DNA of 64,000 bases from Polyangia bacterium (GTDB lineage Bacteria > Myxococcota_A > Polyangia > HGW-17): positions 5,318 to 69,317 of the forward strand of contig JAWLEA010000002.1 of NCBI GenBank assembly GCA_041686345.1, read 5' to 3'. This document shows positions 19,350 to 29,673 of this stretch, one piece after another. Position 1 is the first letter of the stretch; each line of letters begins with the position of its first letter. Both the position numbers and the translations under genes were made by a program. The notes under the pieces are model-generated. The model was not told where the DNA came from. It saw only the letters and a list, made by a program, of their open reading frames with translations, and ran no database searches.

Positions 19350-19366
19350 GTTCCCGTCCCAAAATA
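19350..19366. repeat. Solo MITE-end remnant
   Basis: GTTCCCGTCCCAAAATA matches the terminal inverted repeat (TIR) core. Confidence 0.4.
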
Positions 19367-19441
19367 CAAATTAGCTTTTTTGTCTATATCCGCCGATATT
19401 TCTCGGTTATCCCTGTATGCTTGGTAATTTACTTATTTTTC

Positions 19442-19613
19442 AACTAAATAGTTCCCATCCCAGAATGGGGGTTATTGACTGAATGAGAAGTTTGCCTCAG
19501 ATGCGCGGAATAACTTCGCTGACATAGTTGACACTATTTCAAGAAGTGATGACAAAGCTGATGAGGTATAATTACGCTTTCAGGCGATGACCTTCCTTTT
19601 TGGGACGGGAACT
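19442..19613 (+). repeat. MITE-like element, copy C (full)
   Basis: AACTAAATAGTTCCCATCCCAGAATGGGGG...GCCTCAGATGCGCGGAATAACTTCG...CCTTTTTGGGACGGGAACT. Confidence 0.85.
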
Positions 19614-19665
19614 AAATAGTTCCCATCCCAGAATGGGGGTTATTGACTGTGGGACGGGAACTATA
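19614..19665 (+). repeat. Internally deleted mini-MITE (left 40 bp fused directly to right TIR), in tandem with copy C
   Basis: AAATAGTTCCCATCCCAGAATGGGGGTTATTGACTG is identical to the copy C left end. It is followed immediately by TGGGACGGGAACTATAG. Confidence 0.7.
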
Positions 19666-19781
19666 GTAATAACCTTTACCGGATAAAGCTTTGCATAACC
19701 CACCAGAGGATTCCCAGCCTGCAAACTTACCTGTGCAATGTAGTCAGAACCCCTGTTGATTTAAAAAAGGAAAAGGAAAGA

Positions 19782-20309
19782 TTATTGCCAGAGAATGGCG
19801 AAAACGAAGGAGAGAATAGCATAAAATTCAGGCAGTACAGCTAACAGCATAGCAATACCAACACCCATTTTTTCCTGGTTGATGGAACGAATACCTGCAG
19901 CACATACAACTCCTTGCCACCATCCGGAAAAAAGGCAGGCGATCCCGGTTGCAGTACCGGCGGCGAATATTTTAAGAAATACTTCAGGATCAAGACTGGC
20001 GAATTCTCCTTTCATTCTGCCAAAAAGCAAAATACCAACAACAAAAGAATAAAGTCCCTGAGTTCCGGGTAAAACTGAAACCAGAAGACCCATTCCTCGT
20101 TTTTCCTCTCTCATGCCGGCTACAGCTGAACCTGCAATTGAAAGTCCAATAGCACTTCCTGATAAACCTAATCCCAGCATACCAAGTCCGGCAAAGGCAA
20201 TGAAATGATTCCAGTTGAGGGCTATACCACCAACTGCTGGAAGTCCTGAATTGAAAAATGCATTAAAAAATTCATAAGTTGTGCTGATGAGAGGCTGAAG
20301 TGTGATCAC
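19782..20309 (-). CDS. ntpK: V-type ATPase subunit K (c-ring proteolipid)
   Basis: 175 aa with four hydrophobic helices. PGTQG in helix 2 and a conserved Glu in VLPEFYAIL (helix 4). Last gene of the V-ATPase operon. Confidence 0.85.
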   Translation of the reverse strand: MITLQPLISTTYEFFNAFFNSGLPAVGGIALNWNHFIAFAGLGMLGLGLSGSAIGLSIAGSAVAGMREEKRGMGLLVSVLPGTQGLYSFVVGILLFGRMKGEFASLDPEVFLKIFAAGTATGIACLFSGWWQGVVCAAGIRSINQEKMGVGIAMLLAVLPEFYAILSFVFAILWQ

Positions 20310-20377
20310 AGTATTTCTCCTTTAAATTTCTTCTACCCCGAAGAGTAAAAATAATATTAAATTTATGTTTTTAACTT

Positions 20378-22189
20378 TTATTTGCGACTTTTAAAAGGTG
20401 TATAGAGTTTGCCACCACCTTCAAAGAATTTATCATAGTACTCCAGAAAATTAAGTCTGGCCGAATGAACCAGACTTCCAATTACGGCCATGGCAAAATT
20501 GAAACTGTGGCCGAATAAAAAGATCAAGAGTGCAAAAAACCAGCCAAAATAGGGATTCGTGTTGAATACATCCAAAGCCAGAGTATTTACTATAGATGCA
20601 ATGATACCGGAACTCAGTCCAAGACCGAAAATACGGGCATAACTGACCATATCTCCGCCAACACCGACTATATTGTATAAAGCTCCAAATCCCCCCAATA
20701 TTCTCTTAAAGGGAGAACGGTGAGGTGAATTGAAAAAGAAAATCAATACTGAACAGGCTACGGCCGGCCAGAGAAAATCGGGTCTGGTCCAATTGGGCCA
20801 TATTCTGATGATTCGATAAAAAGAAATCGTAATTCCTATCCAACCGATATTAGCTACAATTAACTGATAATTTTTGCGGGTTACTGCCAGAAATATTTTA
20901 ATGATGAATCCGACAATAAGTTGAATAACTCCAAAATTCAAAGCCCAGAGCAAAAATTTGTTATAGTCGGTGGAAAACACCATCAAGGGCATTAAGTTGC
21001 GGAAATTTTGAGACCAACTGTGAGCAAATAATTGCACCCCCATAAACTGACCCATCAATAAACCGATTACCAAGGTTGAAAAACCAAGTACCTGAATCAA
21101 ACGCATGAAATACAGCCCAGTTTTATTCTCTTTAAATTTGGGAGCCAATACTCCTCCAATAATGAGAAGAAATAAACCATAAGCTGCATCAGCCAGGCAA
21201 AATCCAAAGAAAACTCCCAAGAATGGGGCTACCAGAACAGTAGGATCAAATTCTCGATAGTGAGGAGGATTGAATAATTTTATCAGTGGTTCAAAATATC
21301 TGATAATGGGTGGATTGTGCAATTTTACCGGAACTTCATCTTCTTCATCGGGATCTTCAATTACCACTGCTATAGGATCATCAGCAAATTCTTCCTCTAT
21401 TTTTGCAACCTTTTTGGCAGGAGTAAATCCCATCAGTGCAAAAAGAGTATCTTCATCTCTGATCCCACCTAACACCTTCGCATGATCGTATTTTGTCTGT
21501 AAATTTTTGAGATGTTTTTCGATTACATCTTTAAACTGGCAGATCTCAAAATATTTTTTCTGAGATTTTTTCTGTTTTTCCCGAAGCTTTTCCAAACGGG
21601 CTTTGATTTCACTCAGTGAATTGTCAGGAAGGGAAGGAGTTTCAAAGGGTACTTCCGGAACTTCATCTTTGAAAGCAACAATAAAACCGGTGTCCCTTGC
21701 ACCTCTCAATTTGACTTGCTTATACCAGAATGCGGCTTCCAGAAAATTTTTGCCTTTGTCCTTAATTTCTTTGGAAGATGCATGATAGAACTTTATTTGA
21801 ACTCCTCTTTTTGCTAGAAATTCAATATCTTTTCTTTCAAAATCACCCCAGCGCAGCAGTTGTTTTTCTTCTTTTTCCAAACCTGCAATTTCTTGCTCCA
21901 GAGAGTTTTTGAGATTGACTATGGTTTCATATTTTTCTACAAGTTCTTCACCTTTTCCTTTATGTATCTGTTTTATATCCTGATCTGACTTTTTGATTGC
22001 ATGTTTTAATTTTTTAACAATTCTTTCAACTTTTGAAACTTCTGCAGCAAGTTCTCCCGGAGGATCAACCGGGTTTTCCGCCATCTCCTTGACATGGAGT
22101 ACCCCCAGTTCCTGAAGTTTGTCAACCGTCATTTCCCTGGAATGATCAGGACCGACGATATAAACTTTTTTCATTGTTACAAGGGCCAT
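20378..22189 (-). CDS. ntpI: V-type ATPase subunit I (a subunit)
   Basis: 603 aa. A hydrophilic N-terminal half with coiled coil, then a polytopic C-terminal half. Its position in the operon supports the call. Confidence 0.85.
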   Translation of the reverse strand: MALVTMKKVYIVGPDHSREMTVDKLQELGVLHVKEMAENPVDPPGELAAEVSKVERIVKKLKHAIKKSDQDIKQIHKGKGEELVEKYETIVNLKNSLEQEIAGLEKEEKQLLRWGDFERKDIEFLAKRGVQIKFYHASSKEIKDKGKNFLEAAFWYKQVKLRGARDTGFIVAFKDEVPEVPFETPSLPDNSLSEIKARLEKLREKQKKSQKKYFEICQFKDVIEKHLKNLQTKYDHAKVLGGIRDEDTLFALMGFTPAKKVAKIEEEFADDPIAVVIEDPDEEDEVPVKLHNPPIIRYFEPLIKLFNPPHYREFDPTVLVAPFLGVFFGFCLADAAYGLFLLIIGGVLAPKFKENKTGLYFMRLIQVLGFSTLVIGLLMGQFMGVQLFAHSWSQNFRNLMPLMVFSTDYNKFLLWALNFGVIQLIVGFIIKIFLAVTRKNYQLIVANIGWIGITISFYRIIRIWPNWTRPDFLWPAVACSVLIFFFNSPHRSPFKRILGGFGALYNIVGVGGDMVSYARIFGLGLSSGIIASIVNTLALDVFNTNPYFGWFFALLIFLFGHSFNFAMAVIGSLVHSARLNFLEYYDKFFEGGGKLYTPFKSRK

Positions 22190-22201
22190 TTTACCTCCTA
22201 A

Positions 22202-22819
22202 TCAACCAGTAGCCTGTTGTGCTTTGGCTTCAATCTTGTTTTTGGCAATTTTTGCTCTGCAAACTGCAGCTGTTTGCTGATCACCAAGATAAACCTTGAT
22301 CTTTCTGATATTTTCTTTGGTTTTGGGAATCAGCACTTTTTCGTACAAATTGATTCGCTGGGTGGTTTTGGTAAGTTCTTTTTGCAGAAGCTCATGCTTT
22401 TTCTGAATGATTTTAACTTTTTCAATAGCTGACAAGGCCTTTTTGATAAAATCTACAGCTGCATCAAAAATCCAAGGAGTAGCAACCAGAGACCAAGGCT
22501 TTTCCTTAAATTTTATCTCATCAAATTGGGGAACCTTGACTCCGGCAATATTTACTAAACTGCTTTTCACTTCGTCGATAGATATCAGGTCCTTGATTTC
22601 ATTGGACAAGGTGGCAATTTTACCCTTCCAACTGGAAACATCTTCCAAGAGTGTTTGTTTTTCTCTGCGTGCTTCTTGTATTTCTTTTTTCACATCCCTG
22701 ACCTCAGTCTGCAATTGCTGCTTTCTGAGTTCCAAGGTGGGTAGAAACTCCTGATAAAGCTTCAAAGATTGAGTCTGTTCCCTTAATGAGTTTTTGTTGA
22801 GTTTGACTTGTTCACTCAT
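22202..22819 (-). CDS. ntpD: V-type ATPase subunit D
   Basis: 205 aa coiled-coil protein. N-terminus LNKNSLREQTQSLKLYQEFLPTLELRKQQL is typical of subunit D. Confidence 0.8.
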   Translation of the reverse strand: MSEQVKLNKNSLREQTQSLKLYQEFLPTLELRKQQLQTEVRDVKKEIQEARREKQTLLEDVSSWKGKIATLSNEIKDLISIDEVKSSLVNIAGVKVPQFDEIKFKEKPWSLVATPWIFDAAVDFIKKALSAIEKVKIIQKKHELLQKELTKTTQRINLYEKVLIPKTKENIRKIKVYLGDQQTAAVCRAKIAKNKIEAKAQQATG

Positions 22820-22823
22820 CTAA

Positions 22824-24149
22824 TTATTTCTCCGGCCAATGTTGATCAAGTATCTCCTTCTTAATTCCAACTTCTTTGGCACTGAAACATTCCGCCATGG
22901 TTTTCCATCCCATATCCAAGGCATCGTTTAAACTGACATCCACACTGAGATCCATGAACCTGTCCTGGAAAAGATCGGCATATTTGAGAAATTTCTCATC
23001 TTCTTCGGTTTTTTCAAAACCCATGGATATTTTCTTTTTGGATTCCAGTGCTTTGGCATAAAGCCTGATCATGGAATTCATAACAGCTCCGTGATCTTTC
23101 CTCGTTACTTTGCCGATAACAAGCTGTTTCAAACGACTGAGAGACCCGAAGGGGTTGATAACTCCATCATTCAAGTAATACTGTCCCTCTGTAATATAAC
23201 CGGTGTTGTCAGGAACCGGATGAGTGACATCTCCACCCGGCATGGTAGTAACTGCCAAGATAGTAATGGAACCTGCACCATCAAAATCAACAGCTTTCTC
23301 ATATCGGGAAGCCAAATCACTATAAAGGGAACCGGGATAACCAAGATTTGACGGAACCTGTTCCATGGCGACGCTGATCTCTTTGAGAGCATCGGCAAAG
23401 GCGGTGAGATCGCTGAGTAATACCAGAACTCTCTTACCTTCAATTCCGAATTTTTCAGCTACTGCCAGTGCCATATCAGGTACCAGCAATCTTTCAACCA
23501 CTGGATCTGCGGCAGTATGGATAAACATTACGGTTCTGTCCATGATACCGCCGTCTTCGAATTTTCTCCTGAAACCAATGAATTCATCAAATTTAAGCCC
23601 GATTCCGCCTAAAATTACCACATCGGCATCTGCCTGCAGGGCAATTCTGGACAAAAGTTCATTGTAGGGCTCACCAGGAGTCGAAAAAATTGGGAGTTTC
23701 TGACTTTCAACCAAAGGATTGAATATATCAATCATGGGGATTCTGGTTTCAATGAAATTGTGAGGTACTACCCTTTTGACGGGATTAACCGAAGGACCGC
23801 CGATATTAACTTCTTCGGCGTTTTCTATTTCGGGTTTTCCATCCATGGGAACTCCACTGCCGGTAAAAATCCGCCCGAGGAGGTTGTCCGAATAACCAAC
23901 CCGCATGGGATGACCGAGAAACCTGACTTTGGCTATATTGGAAAGCCCCTTTGCTCCGGAAAAAACCTGGAGAGAAACTTTGCTTCCTTCAATTCTGATA
24001 ACCTGAGCCAGTGAAACTTCCCCATTGGTATTGGTTATGGATGCCAACTCACGATAGGAAACTCCTTCGGCTTCCAATTCAATAATATCACCAATAATAT
24101 TTTTTATTCTGGTATATTCTTTAAACAATCTTTCCTCCTCCGGAAACAA
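22824..24149 (-). CDS. ntpB: V-type ATPase subunit B
   Basis: 441-aa A/B ATPase fold lacking a Walker A motif. It is 3' of subunit A and overlaps it by 29 nt. Confidence 0.85.
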   Translation of the reverse strand: MFPEEERLFKEYTRIKNIIGDIIELEAEGVSYRELASITNTNGEVSLAQVIRIEGSKVSLQVFSGAKGLSNIAKVRFLGHPMRVGYSDNLLGRIFTGSGVPMDGKPEIENAEEVNIGGPSVNPVKRVVPHNFIETRIPMIDIFNPLVESQKLPIFSTPGEPYNELLSRIALQADADVVILGGIGLKFDEFIGFRRKFEDGGIMDRTVMFIHTAADPVVERLLVPDMALAVAEKFGIEGKRVLVLLSDLTAFADALKEISVAMEQVPSNLGYPGSLYSDLASRYEKAVDFDGAGSITILAVTTMPGGDVTHPVPDNTGYITEGQYYLNDGVINPFGSLSRLKQLVIGKVTRKDHGAVMNSMIRLYAKALESKKKISMGFEKTEEDEKFLKYADLFQDRFMDLSVDVSLNDALDMGWKTMAECFSAKEVGIKKEILDQHWPEK

Positions 24150-25899
24150 TTATCTCTTCTATTTCACCAGTTAATTCACTGTATTTATCACTGTCTGTCT
24201 CCACGTAATTTTTCTGATAAAACTTGTCCTGCAGATCGGTAAAGAATTTGCGGGCTTCTTTTTTATCTTCCAAATCAAAAGGAGTACTTAAAACTTTGTA
24301 TAATAATTTGAAATCTTTGGCCTGTCTGCTGAGATCGGCAGCACAATCGATATCATCAAAGGCATTCTGTTGCAGATAGGTAAAGTCGACCAGTTCGGAT
24401 TTGAGATATTTAACGAGATCATCAACATTGACGCCCTCTTCTCCGACAACTGTCATCATTTTTCCTACTTCCGCTCCGATACTCAACAGATCCTTGGTTT
24501 TTTTAACCATTTTAGTCCAATCAGGATCCATTTGTTCATTGAGACTGTCTGCCATTTGACCGATGTAAAGGGAATAGGAATCAAGGGGATCAATAGCCGG
24601 ATATTTGCGTTCATCGGAACGCTTCCTGCTGAGACCGAGAAAAGCACCCACAACCTTGAGGGTTGCCTGGGTAACAGGTTCTTCAAAATTACCTCCGGCG
24701 GGTGAAACCGTACCGATTAAGGTGACAGCTCCCTTTTCATTGTTGTGTAATTTAACCAGGCCTGCTCTTTCATAAAGTCCGGCAATGCGGCTTTCCAGAT
24801 AAGCCGGGAAAGCTTCTTCACCGGGAATCTCTTCGAGGCGACCTGACATCTCGCGCAAGGCCTGAGCCCATCTGGAGGTGGAATCGGCGAGAACCAGAAC
24901 ATCAAGTCCCATCTCGCGATAATATTCAGCCAGAGTAATTCCGGTATATACTGATGCTTCACGAGCAGCAACAGGCATGGAAGATGTATTACAGATGATG
25001 ATGGTTCTATCCATCAGAGAACCACCTGTTTGTGGATCTTCCATCTCGGGGAATTCGTTGATAAGTTCCACAACTTCACCAGCACGCTCACCGCAGGCAA
25101 CTACAATAACAACATCCGCATTGGAAAATTTGGAGAGAAGATGTTGCAATACTGTTTTACCGGCTCCGAAAGGTCCCGGAATACAAGCAGTACCACCCCT
25201 GCTGACAGGAAACATTGTGTCAATCAAACGCTGTTTGGTGGTAAGCAGTTCTTCGGGAAAAATACGTTGCTTGTAGGCTTTGATGGCTTTTTTGACCGGC
25301 CATTCCTGTAGCATCATCACCTTGATGACTTTGCCGTCAAGTTCAAGCTCGGCCACAACATCTTTAACTTTGTATTCGCCTTTGGAAGAAATCTTTTTAA
25401 CCGTGGCAACACCAAGCATTCCCAAAGGAACCATAATTTTATGACTGAGATGATGTTCAGGTACTTCACCCAACCATTGTCCAGCTCTGACTTTATCGCC
25501 CTGTTTGACCAAAGGAGTGAATTCCCATTTTTTATCATGATCTACCGGTTCTTTGTACTGCCCTCTTTGAAGAAAAAAACCGTCTTTATTATCAAGCAGT
25601 TCCAGAGGATTCTGTAAACCATCATATATTTCACCGAGAATTCCCGGGGCAATACCCACAGCAAGCATTTCTCCGGTAAAATTGACCTTCATGCCAACGG
25701 TAATTCCGGTTGTATCTTCAAAAACCTGCATATAACATTGTTGACCCAGGACTTTAATGACTTCGGATTTAAGACTCATTTCACCAACCAGAACAAAAGC
25801 AACCTCGTTTTGAACAACACTGCCTTCGTCTATCTGTACGGTAACCATATTACCATTAATTCCGACCACGTGACCTGTTGTGGAAGAAGAATCGATCAA
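24121..25899 (-). CDS. ntpA: V-type ATPase catalytic subunit A
   Basis: Walker [10 protein letters not shown]. 592 aa with the non-homologous insert region typical of A subunits. Confidence 0.9.
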   Translation of the reverse strand: MIDSSSTTGHVVGINGNMVTVQIDEGSVVQNEVAFVLVGEMSLKSEVIKVLGQQCYMQVFEDTTGITVGMKVNFTGEMLAVGIAPGILGEIYDGLQNPLELLDNKDGFFLQRGQYKEPVDHDKKWEFTPLVKQGDKVRAGQWLGEVPEHHLSHKIMVPLGMLGVATVKKISSKGEYKVKDVVAELELDGKVIKVMMLQEWPVKKAIKAYKQRIFPEELLTTKQRLIDTMFPVSRGGTACIPGPFGAGKTVLQHLLSKFSNADVVIVVACGERAGEVVELINEFPEMEDPQTGGSLMDRTIIICNTSSMPVAAREASVYTGITLAEYYREMGLDVLVLADSTSRWAQALREMSGRLEEIPGEEAFPAYLESRIAGLYERAGLVKLHNNEKGAVTLIGTVSPAGGNFEEPVTQATLKVVGAFLGLSRKRSDERKYPAIDPLDSYSLYIGQMADSLNEQMDPDWTKMVKKTKDLLSIGAEVGKMMTVVGEEGVNVDDLVKYLKSELVDFTYLQQNAFDDIDCAADLSRQAKDFKLLYKVLSTPFDLEDKKEARKFFTDLQDKFYQKNYVETDSDKYSELTGEIEEIIVSGGGKIV

Positions 25900-26612
25900 G
25901 CGAACACCTCCAACATTTTTTCTATATCGGCATCTTCATCTGTTTTCCATGAATCAATCACCATGGCTTTGGCAAGATATGCCAGCACCGCGTCTATGGA
26001 AAAAGGATCTATGCCTTCGAGTTCCAAATAATAAGCAAGTCGAGCCTTATCTATGACAAGTTCTCTTTCTTGCGGATCTTTAGCTTCAGATGCTCTCAAA
26101 ACCAGAGAGCCATACTGAAAACTGTTTTTACCATTAAAAATTTGTATTTTACCTTCTTCGACACCTAGTTCTTTGGCTCTAACTGCAGCTATAGCATTGC
26201 GAAGTCCAATTTCCATTTCCGTGTACCCTTGGAGAAATTTGGAATTGTGTTTTCTGGATATTTCGATAAGAGCATTGAAATAGGACTCCCAAAGTTTTTT
26301 AAGCAGTATTTCTTGTTGAACCACACCCTGTTCCATTCTGAAAATATTATCAAGAAAAGGAGGGAGATCCAATTTGTTTTCAAATTCCTCCTTGGATATG
26401 GTTCCCGATTCCCTGAAATGATCTTTATCAAGCAAAACAGCTTCGGCATTGGCAGTATCTACAAACCAGAGAATACTGCTGACAAGCTCTTTATCGGACC
26501 CTTCAACTTCAGTGAATATAAGTTGGGAAATTTTGGATAAAGATGGAGTTGAAGTTGATTTGAGATCTCCTTTTACAGGTGGCAGGGATGTCATCAATCT
26601 ATAGTATTTCAA
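25896..26612 (-). CDS. V-ATPase operon protein of the DUF2764-like type (occupies the C/F/G slot in Bacteroidetes-type operons)
   Basis: 238 aa. Lies between subunits E and A, with a 4-nt overlap onto A. This matches the E, DUF2764, A, B, D, I, K operon architecture known from Bacteroidetes. Confidence 0.55.
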   Translation of the reverse strand: MKYYRLMTSLPPVKGDLKSTSTPSLSKISQLIFTEVEGSDKELVSSILWFVDTANAEAVLLDKDHFRESGTISKEEFENKLDLPPFLDNIFRMEQGVVQQEILLKKLWESYFNALIEISRKHNSKFLQGYTEMEIGLRNAIAAVRAKELGVEEGKIQIFNGKNSFQYGSLVLRASEAKDPQERELVIDKARLAYYLELEGIDPFSIDAVLAYLAKAMVIDSWKTDEDADIEKMLEVFA

Positions 26613-26669
26613 AAAAAACTCCTTGAAAGGTTATAAGGTGAGTTTGTGTGAATCTGACAAAACAAGAGA

Positions 26670-27338
26670 TCAGGAATCTTTACCTTCACCGGAATTTTCT
26701 TTTTTTTCTTCTTTTGTTTTTTCTGAGTAAAAAAGTTCCCTGAATTTGGGAGAAATAAATTTAACAAAAATTTCACGAAATCCCTTGTCGGTAAGATCGA
26801 AAACAAAGCCTTTTTCTTTGGGACCGGCTTTGAAACCAAACCTGATATCATCATCGAATTCAACTATGGTTTTGCCGCCGGCTATGAGCATTTTGATTCT
26901 GGCAGCTATGGAGCTTCCCAGTTTCTTCTGCATTTCCGGGGACAGAACAAGTTGGATATCGGAATTTTTGTATCCACTTTTGACAAAACCCTTTACAACT
27001 TCAAGAATGACCTTTTCAAGGAATTTTGTCTGGTTGAGCTCTTTTTCGAGGGATTCATCCACCGCCGGAATAACCAATGCTTCTTCCACAGAACTTCTGA
27101 AAGCACCAAGGGCAACCTTGGCACTTCTTTGTAATTCTGTATCAAGCTGGTTTTTAATAGTTTCAGCCTCTTTCTTAGCTTCATCAACCGTCTTTTTAGC
27201 TTTCATCTCGGCTTGAATTTGAATATCTTCAGCCTTGGCCTCGGCATCCTGAATGATTTTATCAGCCTTTTCTTCGGCCGCTTCAATCCCCTCTTTTTTT
27301 AATTTTTTGATTACTGATTTTAATGAATCGCTAGCCAT
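26670..27338 (-). CDS. ntpE: V-type ATPase subunit E
   Basis: 222 aa. An N-terminal long charged helix (KADKIIQDAEAKAEDIQIQAEMKAKK) and a C-terminal globular part. First gene of the operon. Confidence 0.75.
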   Translation of the reverse strand: MASDSLKSVIKKLKKEGIEAAEEKADKIIQDAEAKAEDIQIQAEMKAKKTVDEAKKEAETIKNQLDTELQRSAKVALGAFRSSVEEALVIPAVDESLEKELNQTKFLEKVILEVVKGFVKSGYKNSDIQLVLSPEMQKKLGSSIAARIKMLIAGGKTIVEFDDDIRFGFKAGPKEKGFVFDLTDKGFREIFVKFISPKFRELFYSEKTKEEKKENSGEGKDS

Positions 27339-27438
27339 GAAACCTCCATTTATTTCAGCTGAACTATAAACGTGAACAAAAATACATTCAAGCTGAAAAT
27401 TAAATTTTTAAATTAACCAGTTCCCTTGAAACAACATA

Positions 27439-29562
27439 TTACTCAGATCCGATTTCAGCATAAATTTTTATGGAAGAAAGAATGGCATCTTTCTTTTTCA
27501 AGATCACCTCTCTGCAATTTTCATCGAATTCAAATCTCACCCCTGTACTTTGTTCACCTTTTCCTCTGAAATAATAGTAGATAAAATTATCCTGACTGTT
27601 TTTCCCTTTTATCTCCTGCCAATCGCCAAACTTGCCTATTGAAAGCAGATATTGATTTTCACTCAGGAAATCAAAAAGTTTCCTGGCGTCTTTTCCCCTG
27701 ATTATAAACATCGTATTATATCCTCCACAATAAGGGGAATAAAATATATTGAGCCGGTTGTTTTTGTTGGAAAATACATGTTTGTCTTCAACTAACTTGC
27801 CCTCAACTATTTTATGAGCCCAATAGTCAGGGTATTTCAAGCTTATACTATCTTCCTTTATTTTGATTTTTTTCCAATTTTCTGAGGAAGCAGTGGCATA
27901 AACTTCATATCCTGTCCACCCCATCAATCCCAGAGAAATCACAAAAAGAACCAGGGTAAGAGCTTTTCTGAAAGCTGATTTTTCAGTGGCAGCTCCCAAA
28001 ATTACAGCTGTAATTACTCCTCCCAAAAATCCACCGATGTGAGCAGCATTATCGATCATTCTGATGGAAAAACCCAATACCAGATTAAACAAAAGGATCA
28101 TAACCAGAAAAGAAAATTGTTTTTTTCTCCATTCTTCGGGAAAACGGTTCTTGTAAAAAAACAGCATGGCCATAGTGGCTCCCACCACTCCAAAAACTGA
28201 TGAGGAAAAACCGATTGAAACTCCGGCACCATACATCAGGGAAGAAAGAATATTACCGCTCAAGCCCGAAACAATAATAATGACCCAAGTTTTAAGAGCA
28301 CCATAATGGGGTTCTATCAAACGACCGAAAATCCAGGTGATATAAAGGTTGAAAAAAATATGGATAAAATTGGCGTGAAGAAACATGGCTGACACATGTC
28401 GCCACCACTGGCTGGAAATAGAAAGAGTTCTGAAATTACCACCCAGATTGTAGAGGGTATGCATATCCGAAGGCGAACCGTAGAAATGCTGACCAATGAA
28501 AACCAGGGAATTGAAAACAAGAAAAAACCAGGTAGCTTTCAAGAATCTGTTTTTGGAACCAATTTCAGAAATTTTTTCGTAATTGTCTTTTATTTTTTCC
28601 AGATTTTCTTTTTGAGTCGAGTCCAACTCAGGAAAGGATTTGACTCCTGAATTAATTTTTTCTGTTGCCAACTTGTGGTAAAGGGGAAAGTTTTTTTTCA
28701 ATTTTTTGGGAAAGGTTAGAACCTTTTCAGCTTTGGCTGTTTTATTATCGTTGAGCAGAGCAATTCCATACCAATATCTGCGCAAAGCCGCCGGGAAAAA
28801 GGTATCTTTTGAATCGAGAGGCAATAGCGCTTTTTTTAATATTCCTGGTTTGCCGTAAGCGGCCAAAATAATAGTTTGAGCCGAAAATAAAGCTCTTTTG
28901 ACAACCGGATCTTCAGAATCTTCATCCAGTTTCTCATAAAACTCCCAGAGCAGATCTTCCCGACCCAACTCAAAGGCTGCTTTCATGAGAGAGACATAAA
29001 CGGATGGTTTTGGAGTAACTTCTCCTGCTTTCAGATATTTATCGTAAAATTCCAAAGCTTTTTTCCATCTGGTTGAAAAAACATAGAGTTCCACCAGACT
29101 TTCAGCCAGTAATATTTTTTTGATGGCATCGTCGGTGCGATGAAGCTCCTGCTCCAATCCTCCTGAAATATCTACAACTTCACCTTTATTAGCTTTGAGC
29201 AGTTTGGAAAAATGTTTGATTTGAACAGCAACTTCCGTGCTGGGTTGAAAAATGTATTTCAATTGCAGAATACGAGCAGCCCTTGACCAGTCATAACGAT
29301 AAACAGCGGCAGCAATAAAACGATTCAAAATTGCCGGAACAATTACGGCAAAGAGAAAAATTCCGATTCCAAGCCAGGCTGACAGTGAATTCACCCCGGA
29401 AGATGCATTGAATGAATAAAGAATCAACCCGAAATCCACTGCCAAGATGGTGTTGTATATGGGATCCTTGGCAAAACCTCTTTTAATTTTGGCATAAAGA
29501 ATAATTCCAAGATTGACGGCTATAATAATAAAAAGAAGCTGGAACAAACTGATATCAAACAA
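27439..29562 (-). CDS. Rhomboid-family intramembrane serine protease with N-terminal TPR-like region and C-terminal extracytoplasmic domain
   Basis: Rhomboid core: HANFIHIFFNLY, GFSSSVFGVVGA (GxSG nucleophile), AHIGGFLGGV (catalytic His). 707 aa, multi-domain. Confidence 0.8.
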   Translation of the reverse strand: MFDISLFQLLFIIIAVNLGIILYAKIKRGFAKDPIYNTILAVDFGLILYSFNASSGVNSLSAWLGIGIFLFAVIVPAILNRFIAAAVYRYDWSRAARILQLKYIFQPSTEVAVQIKHFSKLLKANKGEVVDISGGLEQELHRTDDAIKKILLAESLVELYVFSTRWKKALEFYDKYLKAGEVTPKPSVYVSLMKAAFELGREDLLWEFYEKLDEDSEDPVVKRALFSAQTIILAAYGKPGILKKALLPLDSKDTFFPAALRRYWYGIALLNDNKTAKAEKVLTFPKKLKKNFPLYHKLATEKINSGVKSFPELDSTQKENLEKIKDNYEKISEIGSKNRFLKATWFFLVFNSLVFIGQHFYGSPSDMHTLYNLGGNFRTLSISSQWWRHVSAMFLHANFIHIFFNLYITWIFGRLIEPHYGALKTWVIIIVSGLSGNILSSLMYGAGVSIGFSSSVFGVVGATMAMLFFYKNRFPEEWRKKQFSFLVMILLFNLVLGFSIRMIDNAAHIGGFLGGVITAVILGAATEKSAFRKALTLVLFVISLGLMGWTGYEVYATASSENWKKIKIKEDSISLKYPDYWAHKIVEGKLVEDKHVFSNKNNRLNIFYSPYCGGYNTMFIIRGKDARKLFDFLSENQYLLSIGKFGDWQEIKGKNSQDNFIYYYFRGKGEQSTGVRFEFDENCREVILKKKDAILSSIKIYAEIGSE

Positions 29563-29673
29563 TTTTTACGAGACCTTTCGGTAATTTGAAAATGGTATCA
29601 ACTATTACTTTTGGTTTGGGAAAATTGACCGGCGAAAACAACCGAATTAATGAAAAAAACAAATCTGAAAACT

